Shown in pieces: positions 46,660-59,677 of a DNA stretch of 64,000 nt. The stretch lies in the NCBI GenBank assembly GCA_010093705.1, contig MU006095.1, forward strand, positions 310,001 to 374,000, read 5' to 3'. Within the stretch, counting starts at the first letter, position 1. Each line of letters begins with the position of its first letter. A program made the position numbers and the translations under genes. Origin of the DNA: Patellaria atrata CBS 101060 (lineage: Eukaryota). A model generated the notes under the pieces. That model saw only the letters and a list, made by a program, of their open reading frames with translations. It ran no database searches and had not been told where the DNA came from.

Positions 46660-47873
46660 GGTGCAGCTGAGATGCGGACCCGCAGTGTTGGCATTCGAGA
46701 AGCGAGAAGAATAATGGAGCCTCCCAGCCCCTCCACCAGCTCCCCATCTGTAGGATGACGTAAATTCGCCACTTTTATATCACAGCATAATTCATCAAGG
46801 CGTGATGCTGCTACAACAACAACAACAACATGAGATGGTGTCAGGCGTATTAATATTGCAGCCTTCTCCAAAGTATTACAGCTAGGAAGACTACCTATGG
46901 AAATGAATACCAACCCTTCTTTCATCCACAACGTTCTGATACGAAGTACAGTATCTCCCAGCGAACCAAGACCCTGAATAAGTTTAAATCCCATCTATCT
47001 ATAGCTTACCCCTTTCCCGCCTATTTCGTCCATGATCTGAATATATCCATGATGATTCCTGACAGATTAAACTCATAGAGTTATCACAACCGACCGGGAA
47101 ATATTTAGATCCATGATTTTAAGCTACTTTGGAATTTGTATAGAACTATGCACGGCCTTGATTCCTCGAACGACCCACGTGCCACCCTCTAACTTAGTTT
47201 ATAGGCGTTTAAATTTTGAAGAAAGAAAAAAAACCCCCTCCCACCGACGGCCGCACTCCATCATCACGTCCATTGTTCTATCCGACTCCATACCTGCTGC
47301 GGCCTGCAGCATAGGCGCATACCCCCAAGAAATCCGAAGAAACCGGGGTGAGCATTATCGGCAAATCATGCCGGTTAGCCGAATGAGTTAAATCCAATGT
47401 CTATCTTCTATAGCAAATCCCTAGCCAAACGACCCTTTCAAAATCGGGCACATGGGATGTGTGGTAGCAAAAGATGCAGAACAGTGAGGGATCAAAGGAT
47501 ACCATCGCTTTGGAGAGCTTGTCATAAGGTTCGGCGGTAACTCATTCCATATTCTGTCATAGCGAAATTAAGGTACCTTAAAAGGTCCCGCGCTTGAAGT
47601 TTGCGACTAGTCCGGAGCGGATCTAGCTGTGTGATATGCACGGACCATGTGGAACGGAAGAGAATCCTCTCCGTCGCGATGAATTTCTTATCATAGCTAA
47701 GGTCATCTTTAACACTTGAGAGAAAATCTGGGTATCAAGTAATAAAAAGAAGAACGTTGCCGTTCTATCCGTGAAGAGTGAGATGAGAATCCTGAAAAGA
47801 AAACTCCCCCAACTCTCCGTCTATGACTATGAGGAAGAGATCCATACCTTGCCGATGCAAAACATCGGAAATC

Positions 47874-49231
47874 CTACTTCAGAAGAATATCGTACCCGTC
47901 CTTCTCAATTCGTGTCGCTTCGGAATCGAGAGCATATTTCCGTCGGACAACTTCGAATACAATGAGGCCAGCGCTGGTGCTCGGTACCTGTCGAATCGTA
48001 TTCATGAAGAAACCACGATACAACCAGTTCCTCCACCCGCCTGCTAGCTTAGATTGTCTCTTACATTGCTCGAATGTCTCCTTGTACGCATGATAGTACA
48101 AGCGCATCACACCTCTCCGCCTCTCCAATTTAGCAGCGTAGTCCAATGATTCCAACCGTCCGAAATGGATGTTTTGTATCTCTGCTAACGGATGCTGTAC
48201 CGCATGTTGCGCGATCGAAGCTCCAACTCCGGCTCCGAGTAGGAACATCGGTTCGAGCATGTAGTGAGGCCGAATCACCGGTCTGCCTTCATCGTAACTG
48301 ACGGCCTTTCGTTTCGAAGCGGACGAGAAGATTGATTCGTAACTTCCATAATACCGGGTAACAAATCCATAGTAAGCTTGAGATTTAATATACTCAAATG
48401 AAGAGAAGAACACCGCCGCACCAAATGAGTCTTTGAGGAAAGACAAGGTCCAACCGGAGAATACTCCTCGAGGTCCAATCTCTCGCAATTTATGCTTTGC
48501 ATACTGCCACATACTCGTATACCGTCCTTCAAGCATATCGGCGGTCTGAAAACGAACGGTCAAAGCATCCAGCGGTGCCGCAACCAAAGACTGTACTGTA
48601 CCAGCCATGAAACCGGCGCCAAAGGTGTAACTTATCGGAGCCGGGGGAAACACCCGTCTAGTAGAACGAGAAGATGGTTCATGAATCAAACCGAGCGCTT
48701 GGAGATATGATGTATATAAGACAGCACCTACGCTTCGGTGATGTTACAACAAGACCACAAACTTTCTCCGATGAAAAATAGCATACGTTACATTAGCCAC
48801 CATAGGCGGGAGAACCTGCTTCGGTATAAAACCCCAGCCATGTTCTTTGACCGCATGTGCTAGCACGCCTAAAGATGTTACCCTCCACGACCACCCTTCC
48901 CCTGCTTGTATTCGTGGATTAATGGCGCGAGCATATGCCTGTTATAAGTCTCAGTAGATTTCAGAGCTCTAAAACTTTGTAGTATATACCATATAACTAT
49001 GTGAAAACTGATAAGCATAAATCTAAGATCAGATGATAAGAGAGCTTACTCTACACGAGTTCTAAAGAACGCTTTAATAGGAGCTCGAAAGTAGAATGCG
49101 ATGAACTGTGAAATGAAGGCCCGTATACCAGCAGCAGAGGCACCTGTCGCCGCACTGGTTTGAGGTTTCCTTCGGGACCCATCACCGTCGTCCAGCAGAT
49201 CCAGTGGGCGACCGTTGAGTGGGGAGGTCAT
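47874..49231 (-). CDS. Mitochondrial carrier family protein; includes a 7-nt microexon (48990-48996)
   Basis: FYFRAPIKAFFRTRVD/YM/AYARAINP, AGFMAGTVQSLVAAPLDALTVRF (PxDxxxxR), and LYRGFFMNTIRQVPSTSAGLIVFE. Confidence 0.88.
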
Positions 49232-49572
49232 CGTTCAGGGGGAGGATGAGTGTATTTTCGGAATGGCATCATAACACACTAAATGAGCGTTCTAAGTCTA
49301 GATAGTAGTTGTAAAAGAATTCCATTCTTAAGAGGGGAAGATAGAAGGTAAGGTAGAGTTAAGGTCGAAGTTCGAGCTATATTAGTTCTAGCCAAGTGAC
49401 CGCGGCTAATTCCACTTCACCAAAAAGTCGCGTTCGCCTGCCGTCACCTTTGAAGACCCGCTCACTTTCTCCCCTCTCACTCTTTACACCTCTTCTTCTC
49501 CACTTACTCCATCTCCTTTCTAATAATTTTCTAACCTGAGAACTAGAATCGCTCATAATCTCAGGTCTCATC

Positions 49573-52500
49573 ATGTCTGACGATCAAATTGTCATCGATA
49601 AGCGTCTTTTCCACGATAGAATAGCTTCCTTCATAGCGGCGTGGAAGGCAGACAAGCGATCCGGCGACGCGTTATTCAGTGGAATCGGCTCACTTGTTAT
49701 CGTCGTCGGCAAAGCGAGCGATGGTATCTATTCGAAAAGCGCGGCATTTCAGGTATTTTGGAGTCCATTTAGTTTTGATAGTTTGTTTGCTAACTTATGT
49801 CTCTATAGCTATGGCTGTTAGGCTACGAGTTTCCCGCTACCCTTCTAATCCTCACCCAAGAGAATATCTACATTGTTACAACGAAGAAGAAAGGTATGGT
49901 CTGAGGTCATTAGAATTAGGCATCCACTAACAGTATCATAGCCTCATACCTCGAAAAGTTGAAAGACGGCAAAACTCCCGTTGAGATATTCGTGCGTGGC
50001 AAAGATGCAGAGGAGAATGCGAAACAATTTGAGAAATGCCTAGAAGTCATCAAGGGTGCAGGTGTGAGTCATAAAAGTGATAGCGTCATATTGAGACCCT
50101 TGACTGACATGTCTTGCAGAAGAAAGTCGGCGTGTTAACAAAGGATGCTGCAACTGGACCATTCGGCGATGAGTGGTCCAAAGCATTCGGCGAGGTCTCA
50201 AAAGATCTTGAAACCGTCGACATTTCTCCAGTTTTGTCTGGTGCCGCTCTGGCGATCAAAGATGAGAAAGAATTGGTACGTAACCCCCACAAATAGTTCT
50301 CCATCCGTTGAAAATACTGATTTTTCGTAGCGAACAATCCGAGATGCATCTAGAGCATCAAGCGGTGTATTAGCAAATTACTTTGTCGAAGAAATGTCCG
50401 ATATCCTTGATGCGGAGAAAAAGATTACACATAAAGCACTGGCAGACAAGGTTTCAGCGAAAGTGGATGATACCAAGTTTTTCCAGAAGCTCAGAGTCAG
50501 CAAGGATTTCGATCACATGCAACTCGATTGGAGTCTTTTCCCCACGGTACAGAGCGGCGGCAAATATGACCTAAAATTTGGCGAACCAGACGAAAACAAC
50601 CTCCATGCCGGTACAATTATCGCGGCCCTTGGATTGCGATATATGTCATATTCGTCAGTAATCGCTCGAACATACATGGTCGATCCAAACAAATCGCAAG
50701 AGAACAACTACAAGCTGTTACTTTCGATTCACGAAACTGTTCTGGCCGCAATCAAAGACGGCGTACAAGCTAAAGATGTCTACAACAAAGCGTTGAATTT
50801 CCTCAAATCCAAGAAACCCGACCTGGAAAAGCATTTTGTCAAGAATGTGGGAGCAGGTGTCGGTATTGAGAGTCGTGATAATACTCTCATTCTCAACGCA
50901 AAGAGCACCCGTACCCTTAAGGATGGCATGACTCTCAGTATCACAACTGGATTCAGCGATCTACAGAATTCCAATCCTCAGGATAAGAAGAGTAACGTCT
51001 ATTCGATGGTGATTACTGATACAGTTCGTGTCACAGCTAGAGATACAGTTGTCTTCACCAAGGATGCCCCCTCAGACGTAGAGTCGGTTTCGTTTTTCTT
51101 CAAAGATGATGAGGAGCCGGAGGTCAAACCGAAGCCGAAGAAGGATTCAAAAGTTGGTGCCGTTGCACAAACAAACATCACTAAATCCCGGCTCCGCAAT
51201 GATCGTACCACAAACCAAAACGAAGAGAAGGAAGCTGCTCGACGAGAGCATCAGAAAGAACTTCACTCTAAGAAGCAACAACAAGGTTTGGAGAAGTATG
51301 GTCCAGGTGCAGGAAGCTTGAACGGTACAGAGGAGAAGAAGTTCAAGCGATTCGAATCTTACAAGCGCGACAATCAATTCCCTCCGAAGGTAAAAGATCT
51401 TGCTGTTGTGGTTGATGCGAAGAGTAGCACTATTGTTCTGCCTATTATGGGTCGTCCCGTTCCATTCCACATCAACACGATCAAGAACGCTAGCCATACT
51501 CCTGATGGTGATGTTACTTATCTGAGGATTAACTTCCTCTCTCCTGGTCAGGGTGTTGGTCGTAAAGATGATCAACCCTTTGAGGATGCTTCGGCACATT
51601 TTATTCGTAGTTTAACGTTCAAGTCCAAGGATATTGACCGCATGGAGGAAGTTGTCAAACAGATCACCGAGCTGAAGAAGAACGCCGTTCGCAGAGAGCA
51701 GGAAAAGAAACAGATGGAAGACGTCGTCGAGCAAGATCAACTAATTACCATCAAGAGTGAGTCCACCCCACATCTCCTTTTCTCACGTTACTATCTTCAA
51801 GCGTGGCAATTAACCCTTTATAAGACCGCAAACCCTACAAACTCGACATGATCTTCGTGCGTCCCGCGCTCGACGGCAAACGCGTCCCCGGGCATGTTGA
51901 GATCCACCAGAACGGTCTGCGCTACATCCATGGTCAAAACATGCAGAAAATCGACATTCTGTTCAGCAATATCAAGCACCTTTTCTTCCAGCCGAGTCAG
52001 CATGAGCTCATCGTCATAATCCACGTCCATTTGTTGAATCCGATCATGATCGGTAAAAAAAAAGCGAAGGATGTCCAGTTTTACAGAGAGGCGACTGAGA
52101 TGCAGTTCGACGAGACCGGGAACAGGAAGCGCAAACACAGATACGGCGACGAGGAAGAATTTGAAGCAGAGCAAGAAGAACGCAGACGCCGCGCAGAACT
52201 AGACAAACACTTCAAGAAATTCGCCGAGCAGATCGCCGACGCAGGCCGCAACGAGAACCTCTCAGTCGACATCCCCTTCCGCGAACTCGGCTTCAACGGC
52301 GTCCCAGCCCGCTCTTCCGTAATGGTCCAACCGACCACGGACTGCCTGGTCCAACTCACCGAACCGCCCTTCCTTGTCCTCAGCCTCAACGAAATCGAAA
52401 TCGTCCATTTGGAGCGTGTCCAGTTCGGCCTCAAGAACTTCGACATGGTCGTCGTTTTTAAAGACTTCAATCGCCCCCCCGCTCACATCAACACCATCCC

Positions 52501-52918
52501 CGTCGAGTCCCTCGACGCAGTCAAGGACTGGCTCGACAGCGTCGAGATCCCCTTCTCCGAGGGCCCGCTTAACCTCAACTGGGCCACCATCATGAAGACC
52601 GTCACGAGCGATCCGCACGAGTTCTTTAAGCACGGTGGCTGGAGCTTCATCGCCGCCGAGTCGGACGAGGAGGATGAAGAGGAGAGCGAGGAGGAGAGCG
52701 CGTTTGAGATTAGTGAGAGCGAGCTGGAGGAGGCGAGTGAGAGTTCGGAGGATGATAGCGAGTTTGATGAGAATGCGTCGATGGAGGAGGGGAGTGAGGA
52801 GAGTGAAGATGAGGAGGGCGAGGATTGGGATGAGCTGGAAAGGAAGGCGAGGAGGAAGGATCGGGAGGGGGGGCTGAGTGATGAGGAGAAGCCGAAGGGG
52901 AAGGGGAAGAAGAGGTAG
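49573..52918 (+). CDS. SPT16: FACT complex subunit Spt16, multi-exon
   Basis: [86 protein letters not shown] and an acidic tail. Confidence 0.97.
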
Positions 52919-53409
52919 GTTTGGGGTTTGACTTGAGTGCCTTACCCTTCTCTTCGTAGGCGTGACAGAATGCTTTGAATCAGTTGGGCCGGGATGGGAA
53001 AAAGTTGTTTATGCAAGCGTAGAATGGGCAATTTTCAAGTAACTCGGTATGGCGTCGGCTGATTCTGAGCTATTTGCGGACTTTCTCTTAGCCCCCATGT
53101 TCGAGCTAGTATTGATATGATATCATGGAATGTATAGTGGATATCGGTTTCTCAGGATCTGATGAAGTTTGTTTGAAATCAGCTTCATTAAATTCGTAAT
53201 ATTGAACAAATATCAACGTGAACGGGTACGTTAGCCGGGGTGTGTATGTGCAACCTGGGGGAAATTCTCCTCTCGACTTTCCCATCCTCCCTTTCAGTCT
53301 CCATCCGAGCGCATATGAAACAAGTAGCCAAAATTACCGACGATATGAATATGACACCGATTGTTAACTTCGCTCATCTGCCCTCCTCTCGCATCTCTCT
53401 CGAACCGTT

Positions 53410-54303
53410 TTACGAATACTCATCCTTTACGCGTCCCCTCTCCCCGTCGACAAAGCTGCCCCTCGACCTCGTGCTCCTCTTGCGCCCGAACTTGCTAAAC
53501 AGGCCTCCACCACCAGATCTTCTTCCAGAGCTGGCATAAGTGTTATCGCGTCTTCCGACGGCGCCACCGCAGCAGAAGAGGATAGTGGACAGGAAGAAGC
53601 AGGCCACGGCGGCCCATGTGAAGCCGTAAGCTTTGACGCCGAGTTTGGCGGGCTGGTCGTTGGAGCGGAAGTGGTTGCGGCCGAGGACGGTCCAGGCGCT
53701 GTATCCAAGGTTAGCTGGGTTGAATCGACGGGGGATACGAGAGGAGGGACTCACGTCATCAAGCACGCAGCCAAAGTCTGGAAGAACAGAGCGAGCGAAG
53801 TCATCAAGCCACCCAAATATCCCCCGAGACGGCTGAAGAGAGCGAGGAGACCGAGGGCCAACGCGCACGCCGCGAAGAAGAGCGCGATGAGGTAAAAGGC
53901 GAACATGAATCTGGAGAGGTAGAAGAAGCGTTTCGTGCCGATGAACTGGTCCGCGATGCCCTGCTCGGTGCCGAAGTTACGCGGCGGGTCGAAGGGGAGG
54001 GCTGGGACGGGTGAGCCGCAGTCGGCGTTGTGGCCGGAGGAGTCACGGCCGCAGATGGCGAAGAAGGTCCATCGGGAGGGGTTGCGCGCGCCGGGGATTC
54101 CGGACGTCGCGGCTTGCAGAAAGTAGATCCCGTCGAGGGGGGAGGAGTTTACGGCACCGGTTAGGATGACGAGGAATTGGAGGAGGATGCCGCCGGCGAG
54201 GATGACGAGGGAGAGGAGAGCGAGGATGGGACCTGCGAGTATGGGGTTAGAGGTGAAATTGGAGAATTGGAGACGAGGAGAAGGACGTACGTCCGCCGGC
54301 CAT
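53410..54303 (-). CDS. SUR7: SUR7/PalI family eisosome membrane protein; probable additional 5' UTR intron ~54395-54487
   Basis: ILLQFLVILTG..IYFLQAATSGIPGARNPSRWTFFAIC..C..PALPFDPPRNFGT..FFYLSRFMFAFY..AKLGVKAYGFTWAAVAC, with four TM segments. Confidence 0.9.
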
Positions 54304-55101
54304 TATTGAGGTATTAGTGTATTAAGAATAGGATTAATGGATGAAGAGAGTTGCTGGCCCGGTTGTCTGGTCGCGGGTGCTGGCGACAGGCAGAGCTATC
54401 CAAAGACTGTTAGCTACATAGTTGACGATCGAGAAGATGCTTGTCGAGGAAACGGAGATGTCGAATTAGATGGGTATATGGACTTACCTTGAGTATGGAT
54501 GAAACACAGGGTACGGAGGATCCTGGAGTTGGAGGAGGATGGGTGCGATGGACAGGTTTTTATGAAGACCAAACAAGCTCAGGAGCCGAATAACAGTGAC
54601 GTCGGGTTCTGTGCAGATGAAAACGCGGTTGGGCGTCTGTGCGTTCTTGGGGCCACGGCCAGTTTATGTCAAAAGTAGAATACACGAATATGCTATTTTC
54701 AAGATGAATTCAATTCTTGTTCATGGGCTCTTGAATTTGAGAGTTACGATTGAGATGCATTCACCATGACCTCTCCGAAGAGTGTGAAGAGTGGTAGAAG
54801 AGGGGGTGCACGTATTTCGATGCTGTTCTATGATGTTGTGGCATATTCGTTAGTTATTGGCATAATGTCAGCATGATGCTGCATAACTTTCCGGAAATCT
54901 CGGTGTGATCGAAACACCAACAGATCCCACACCCAAGCCACATGAATGAAGCACATGAACAAGCCACAGGTTGACGACCTCTACTGTTGATTCCCCCGTA
55001 CACAAGTATCTACGGTACGTCAGAATTCCAAACCAATTACAGGTATTTTCCAGCCGCAACTCGTTCCTTGAACGCTGCTCTTAACCATACCAACAACTAT
55101 C

Positions 55102-56188
55102 ATGTCCGCCTCAGTCTGGCCTCCAGTAGCGCCGGATGACTTGCTCAAGGAAGAGGAAGCTTCTTTGGTACACAGACCCTGGTGATATAATACATTTTTC
55201 GAGGTCAAGTTCTGATGAGAACGCCAGGCGAGGGAGCTGGAATGGCTGTTAGACTCCCTTCAAGATACTCTTCACTCTCTCAAAGCTGGCCTTGAAGAAT
55301 GCGTTGCCCTACTGGCACCTCGAGACCCAGGTTCAACTCTCGTATTGTCCTCGGTACGATCGGAGAGCATAAAGGGCTTTGTCACCCGCGTGGGTACTCG
55401 CATCGTCAAAGGAGTATGTCTCTGAGGTATCAAAATGATAGGGGATGTTCAAACACCTAATCAAGTTACAGAATATCAGACTACGACTCCCAAGTCTTCC
55501 TCATCCCCGCGGCTCTCCAGGCTTTGACTTCGGCGTCGCATCATCGGCAGAAGCGCACGAGTTGATCATTGACCAGCTTATATCCGTACGCACTAGCATC
55601 AACTCGTGTCTCGATGTCGTCGACGCAAGTACATGGACAGGAGACAAGACCAACGCCAATTTTATTTCAGGTCAACTAAGGTTACTCTACGACAATCTTG
55701 AAGATGCAAGACAAGCATTAAAGGGTGATCGAGACTCGCACAAACCATGGTGGGAGAATGCACTGGATGAAAAGGTATATCTGCGTCGCCTATTTTCTAA
55801 AAGAGGGCAGAGATATTAAGTTGAGACCTAGACGTTCGACCCTCCTTTGCCCCCCAACCTCTCGCTCCACTTTTACATCCTCGACGCAGCACTCGTCCTT
55901 GAGGTTCGTACACTGGAACCTTACAACCCAGCAGAAGAGTCTGCCTTTAGTCTTCGTAGGGGCCTCGGGGCCGTCGTTGCTCTCGGGAGCACTAAAACCC
56001 AGCAACATGATGAAGTAAATCAGACGTTCAGTTATATGGGGCACGAAGTAAAAGTTAAAGAAAAGGTTAGAGTCGAGAGCCAGGATCCGTCTTTGATGGC
56101 TGCTATGGCTAAGTTGAATGCGCTTGAGCATGCAGTATCGTTAAGTAGAAGGGCACTGGATATTGTTATGGGAAAGGAGGGTGATTGA
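55102..56188 (+). CDS. RAV2: RAVE complex subunit Rav2/Rogdi family; 4 exons
   Basis: MSASVWPP..ARELEWLLDSLQDTL..LVLSSVRSESIKGFVTRVGTRIVKG..ANFISGQLRLL..VKEKVRVESQDPSLMAAMAKLNALEH. Confidence 0.85.
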
Positions 56189-56837
56189 CGAAGGGGTGCA
56201 ATGATAGTCGCATCCATGCTTGTTGTATAATGCTAATGGTTTGATATCCTAGTGACTTACTACAATATTCCTATCACTCATCATCTTCATCTTGATGAAC
56301 TTCTATTCCAAGTTGGCAGTACATCTCCGCCGTCATTGCTGCTAGAAATCCTATTGAAGACAGCGCCAACATCACCTTACATACAAATTGACCCCCAAAC
56401 AAGTTATTTCTGGTAGAAGACTAAGGTGCAAAGATAGCGATTTCCATACCTATCTCCACGGAAAAGGGAAGAACAACAGATCTCCAGTTTCCCCTTCCCA
56501 ATCTGAGCGGCATCTTCTTCATCCTCTTCTCCGCGGTTCGTCATTTCTCGGCCTTATCGATAGCACGGACCACACAATTTTTCTCAACCTTCTAGCTTCC
56601 GGGGTCGAATAACGCAATATCTTTAGTTGCTTATTTTTCTACCCTCTTAGTTACCATGTATATCCTTCTGATAACGCTTTTCCCCTCCTCGTGCTTCTTC
56701 TTGTTCTACTACACTTCCTCCCATTGCATCGTTTCGTTATCAAGAAGACGAGAACCGGGGCGAAACGACTTCCCCTCACACATCCCCCACCACTCACACA
56801 ATTCCACAGTAGGAAGGCAGAAAGAGTGTCGTTCGAT

Positions 56838-58516
56838 ATGGCACCAGCACTCCTTACTGCTGTCGATTCAAGCTCTCACGTCCACCTCATAATCGGGTCT
56901 AATCCCCTTGCTGGGGCTCGCTGTTCCCGCTCCCTCGGAGTTGGCGCCCGCGCCATCTTACTCGCCCCTGAAGATGCCTTGTTACACTATGGCCTTACAA
57001 AAAGAATTGATACTGGAGAAGTTGAGTGGTTGAAACGAGAGTTTAGGGACGAGGACTTGACAACGTTGGGAAGAGAAGAGATAAATCATGTAGTGGATGC
57101 GGTATTTGTTACTCTGGGAGGCAGACATGCGATGAGTACGTTGTAGCCCCTTTTCTATGTCCAAGATACAGCGTAGTTTACGATTATAATAGGCACACAA
57201 ATATCGTCCCTTTGTCGCCGTCTCCGCATTCCCATCAACGTCGCCGACGCGCCAAACCTCTGTTCCTTCACCCTCCTTTCCCAATACTCAGACGGTCCTC
57301 TGCAGGTCGGTGTCACAACCTCCGGCAAAGGATGTAAGCTCGCCTCCCGCATTCGGCGCGAAATCGCCTCCTCCCTCCCTTCAGAGCTCGGTCAAGCAGT
57401 TGACCGTCTCGGCTCTATGCGCCGTCGCATCTGGGAAGAGGATCACGCCGCTGAACTGGCCTTGGACCTCGAGGCGGAGGAAGAGGACTCGGGACAGCCA
57501 GCGACATTCAATAAACTCGTCACACCGACCGATGCGGAAGCCGCGAAAACGAGGCGCATGAGATGGCTCGCTCAGATCTGCGAGTACTGGCCCCTGCGCC
57601 GGCTCGCAAGCATCACAGATGCAGATATTGAGATTGTCCTTAAATCTTACACCAATTCAGACAGCTCCAATCTCGATCCTACCACCCTCGATAATCGTAG
57701 ACGCAGAGGTAAGATCATACTCGCGGGCACCGGACCCGGGCATCCAGACCTACTCACAACCGCAACCCTGAAAGCAATCCAAACCGCCGACATCGTCCTC
57801 GCGGACAAACTTGTTCCGGGCCCAATCATGGATCTTGTGCCCCGCCGCACAACGATCCACACTGCGAAGAAGTTCCCAGGGAATGCGGACGCGGCGCAGG
57901 AGGAGCTACATCGGCTTGCGCTCCAGGCCTTACAGGCGGAGAAAACAGTGTTGAGGTTGAAGCAGGGAGATCCCTATATCTTTGGCCGCGGTGCAGAAGA
58001 ATTCCATTTCTTCAGGGAAAAGGGGTACATACCAGTAGTCCTTCCGGGTGTCACATCCGCGCTCTCAGCCCCACTGTTCGCCAATATCCCGCCCACCCAT
58101 CGCGCGGTCGCCGATCAGGTGCTTATATGCACTGGAACCGGACGGCACGGGCAACCCCCGGATCCACCAGAGCACATCCCTTCGCGAACGGTCGTGTTTT
58201 TGATGGCTTTACATCGTCTAGGTGCCCTCGTCACGTCCCTCACAGGTGAGGATAAGAGATGGCCTAAAACGACACCCTGCGCGGTGGTGGAAAGAGCGAG
58301 TTGTCCTGATCAAAGGGTTTTGCGGAGTACATTGGAGTTTGTGACGGCGGCGGTTGAGGAAGAGGGGTCAAGGCCGCCCGGGTTGATTGTTGTTGGTGCG
58401 GCGTGCGGTGTGCTGGAGGAGTTGAAGGCGGGAGAGCGGTGGAGGGTTGAGGATGGGTTTGAGGGTTTGGAGGGGCTGGTGGAGGATGGGGGGTCGATGG
58501 CTTTGAGGGAGGGTGG
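56838..58516 (+). CDS. MET1: Siroheme synthase / uroporphyrinogen-III C-methyltransferase (CysG-like fusion); 3' end lost in the gap
   Basis: IPINVADAPNLCSF, LQVGVTTSGKGCKLASRIRREI, LAGTGPGHPDLLT, VLADKLVP, RLKQGDPYIFGRGAEE, VLPGVTSA, VERASCPDQR. Intron ~57137-57192. Confidence 0.93.
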
Positions 58517-59241
58517 NNNNNNNNNNNNNNNNNNNNNNNNNNNNNNNNNNNNNNNNNNNNNNNNNNNNNNNNNNNNNNNNNNNNNNNNNNNNNNNNNNNN
58601 NNNNNNNNNNNNNNNNNNNNNNNNNNNNNNNNNNNNNNNNNNNNNNNNNNNNNNNNNNNNNNNNNNNNNNNNNNNNNNNNNNNNNNNNNNNNNNNNNNNN
58701 NNNNNNNNNNNNNNNNNNNNNNNNNNNNNNNNNNNNNNNNNNNNNNNNNNNNNNNNNNNNNNNNNNNNNNNNNNNNNNNNNNNNNNNNNNNNNNNNNNNN
58801 NNNNNNNNNNNNNNNNNNNNNNNNNNNNNNNNNNNNNNNNNNNNNNNNNNNNNNNNNNNNNNNNNNNNNNNNNNNNNNNNNNNNNNNNNNNNNNNNNNNN
58901 NNNNNNNNNNNNNNNNNNNNNNNNNNNNNNNNNNNNNNNNNNNNNNNNNNNNNNNNNNNNNNNNNNNNNNNNNNNNNNNNNNNNNNNNNNNNNNNNNNNN
59001 NNNNNNNNNNNNNNNNNNNNNNNNNNNNNNNNNNNNNNNNNNNNNNNNNNNNNNNNNNNNNNNNNNNNNNNNNNNNNNNNNNNNNNNNNNNNNNNNNNNN
59101 NNNNNNNNNNNNNNNNNNNNNNNNNNNNNNNNNNNNNNNNNNNNNNNNNNNNNNNNNNNNNNNNNNNNNNNNNNNNNNNNNNNNNNNNNNNNNNNNNNNN
59201 NNNNNNNNNNNNNNNNNNNNNNNNNNNNNNNNNNNNNNNNN
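58517..59241. other. Assembly gap (725 N)
   Basis: Run of N, flanked by a G-rich sequence on the left and poly-A on the right. Confidence 1.
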
Positions 59242-59677
59242 AAAAAAAAAAGGGTTAATCTCATGCAAGTGATACCATCGATTTCGAAGAGGGAAGTCCA
59301 GGAGTTCCAAATATTACCACACCTCTCCCCTTCTGAAAAAAGGCATTTTGTAAATTTACCTCACGGCAGGACCTGGATATTCAAAATCGAAGCCATGCAT
59401 TCATCTAACCTCCCTCTGCACCCATCATCCACCCTGCTACACCACTTTTTCTCTTCGACCCAAACTCCCCTAATCAGATAATTATATACACGAAGGGCTA
59501 TGCTACCCCATGGGCTCCCCTACCACAAACCTGTTCCCCTCACCCCGCCGCTTCTCCGGTAGATAACCTCAAGTGAGAGCGGTCGTCGCCAGCTCGTTTC
59601 CAGCGACTCCATCTCATCGTCTTTCCCCACCCTGCACCCTCCAACACGTCTCACCCTCCAACCATACCAACCTCCTC

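Noticed and set aside
11300..47000. Starship or other large autonomous mobile element
   Set aside because: No tyrosine-recombinase captain, transposase or boundary direct repeats could be identified in the window.
58264..59481. Long ORFs containing X runs
   Set aside because: Artefacts of translating through the N gap.
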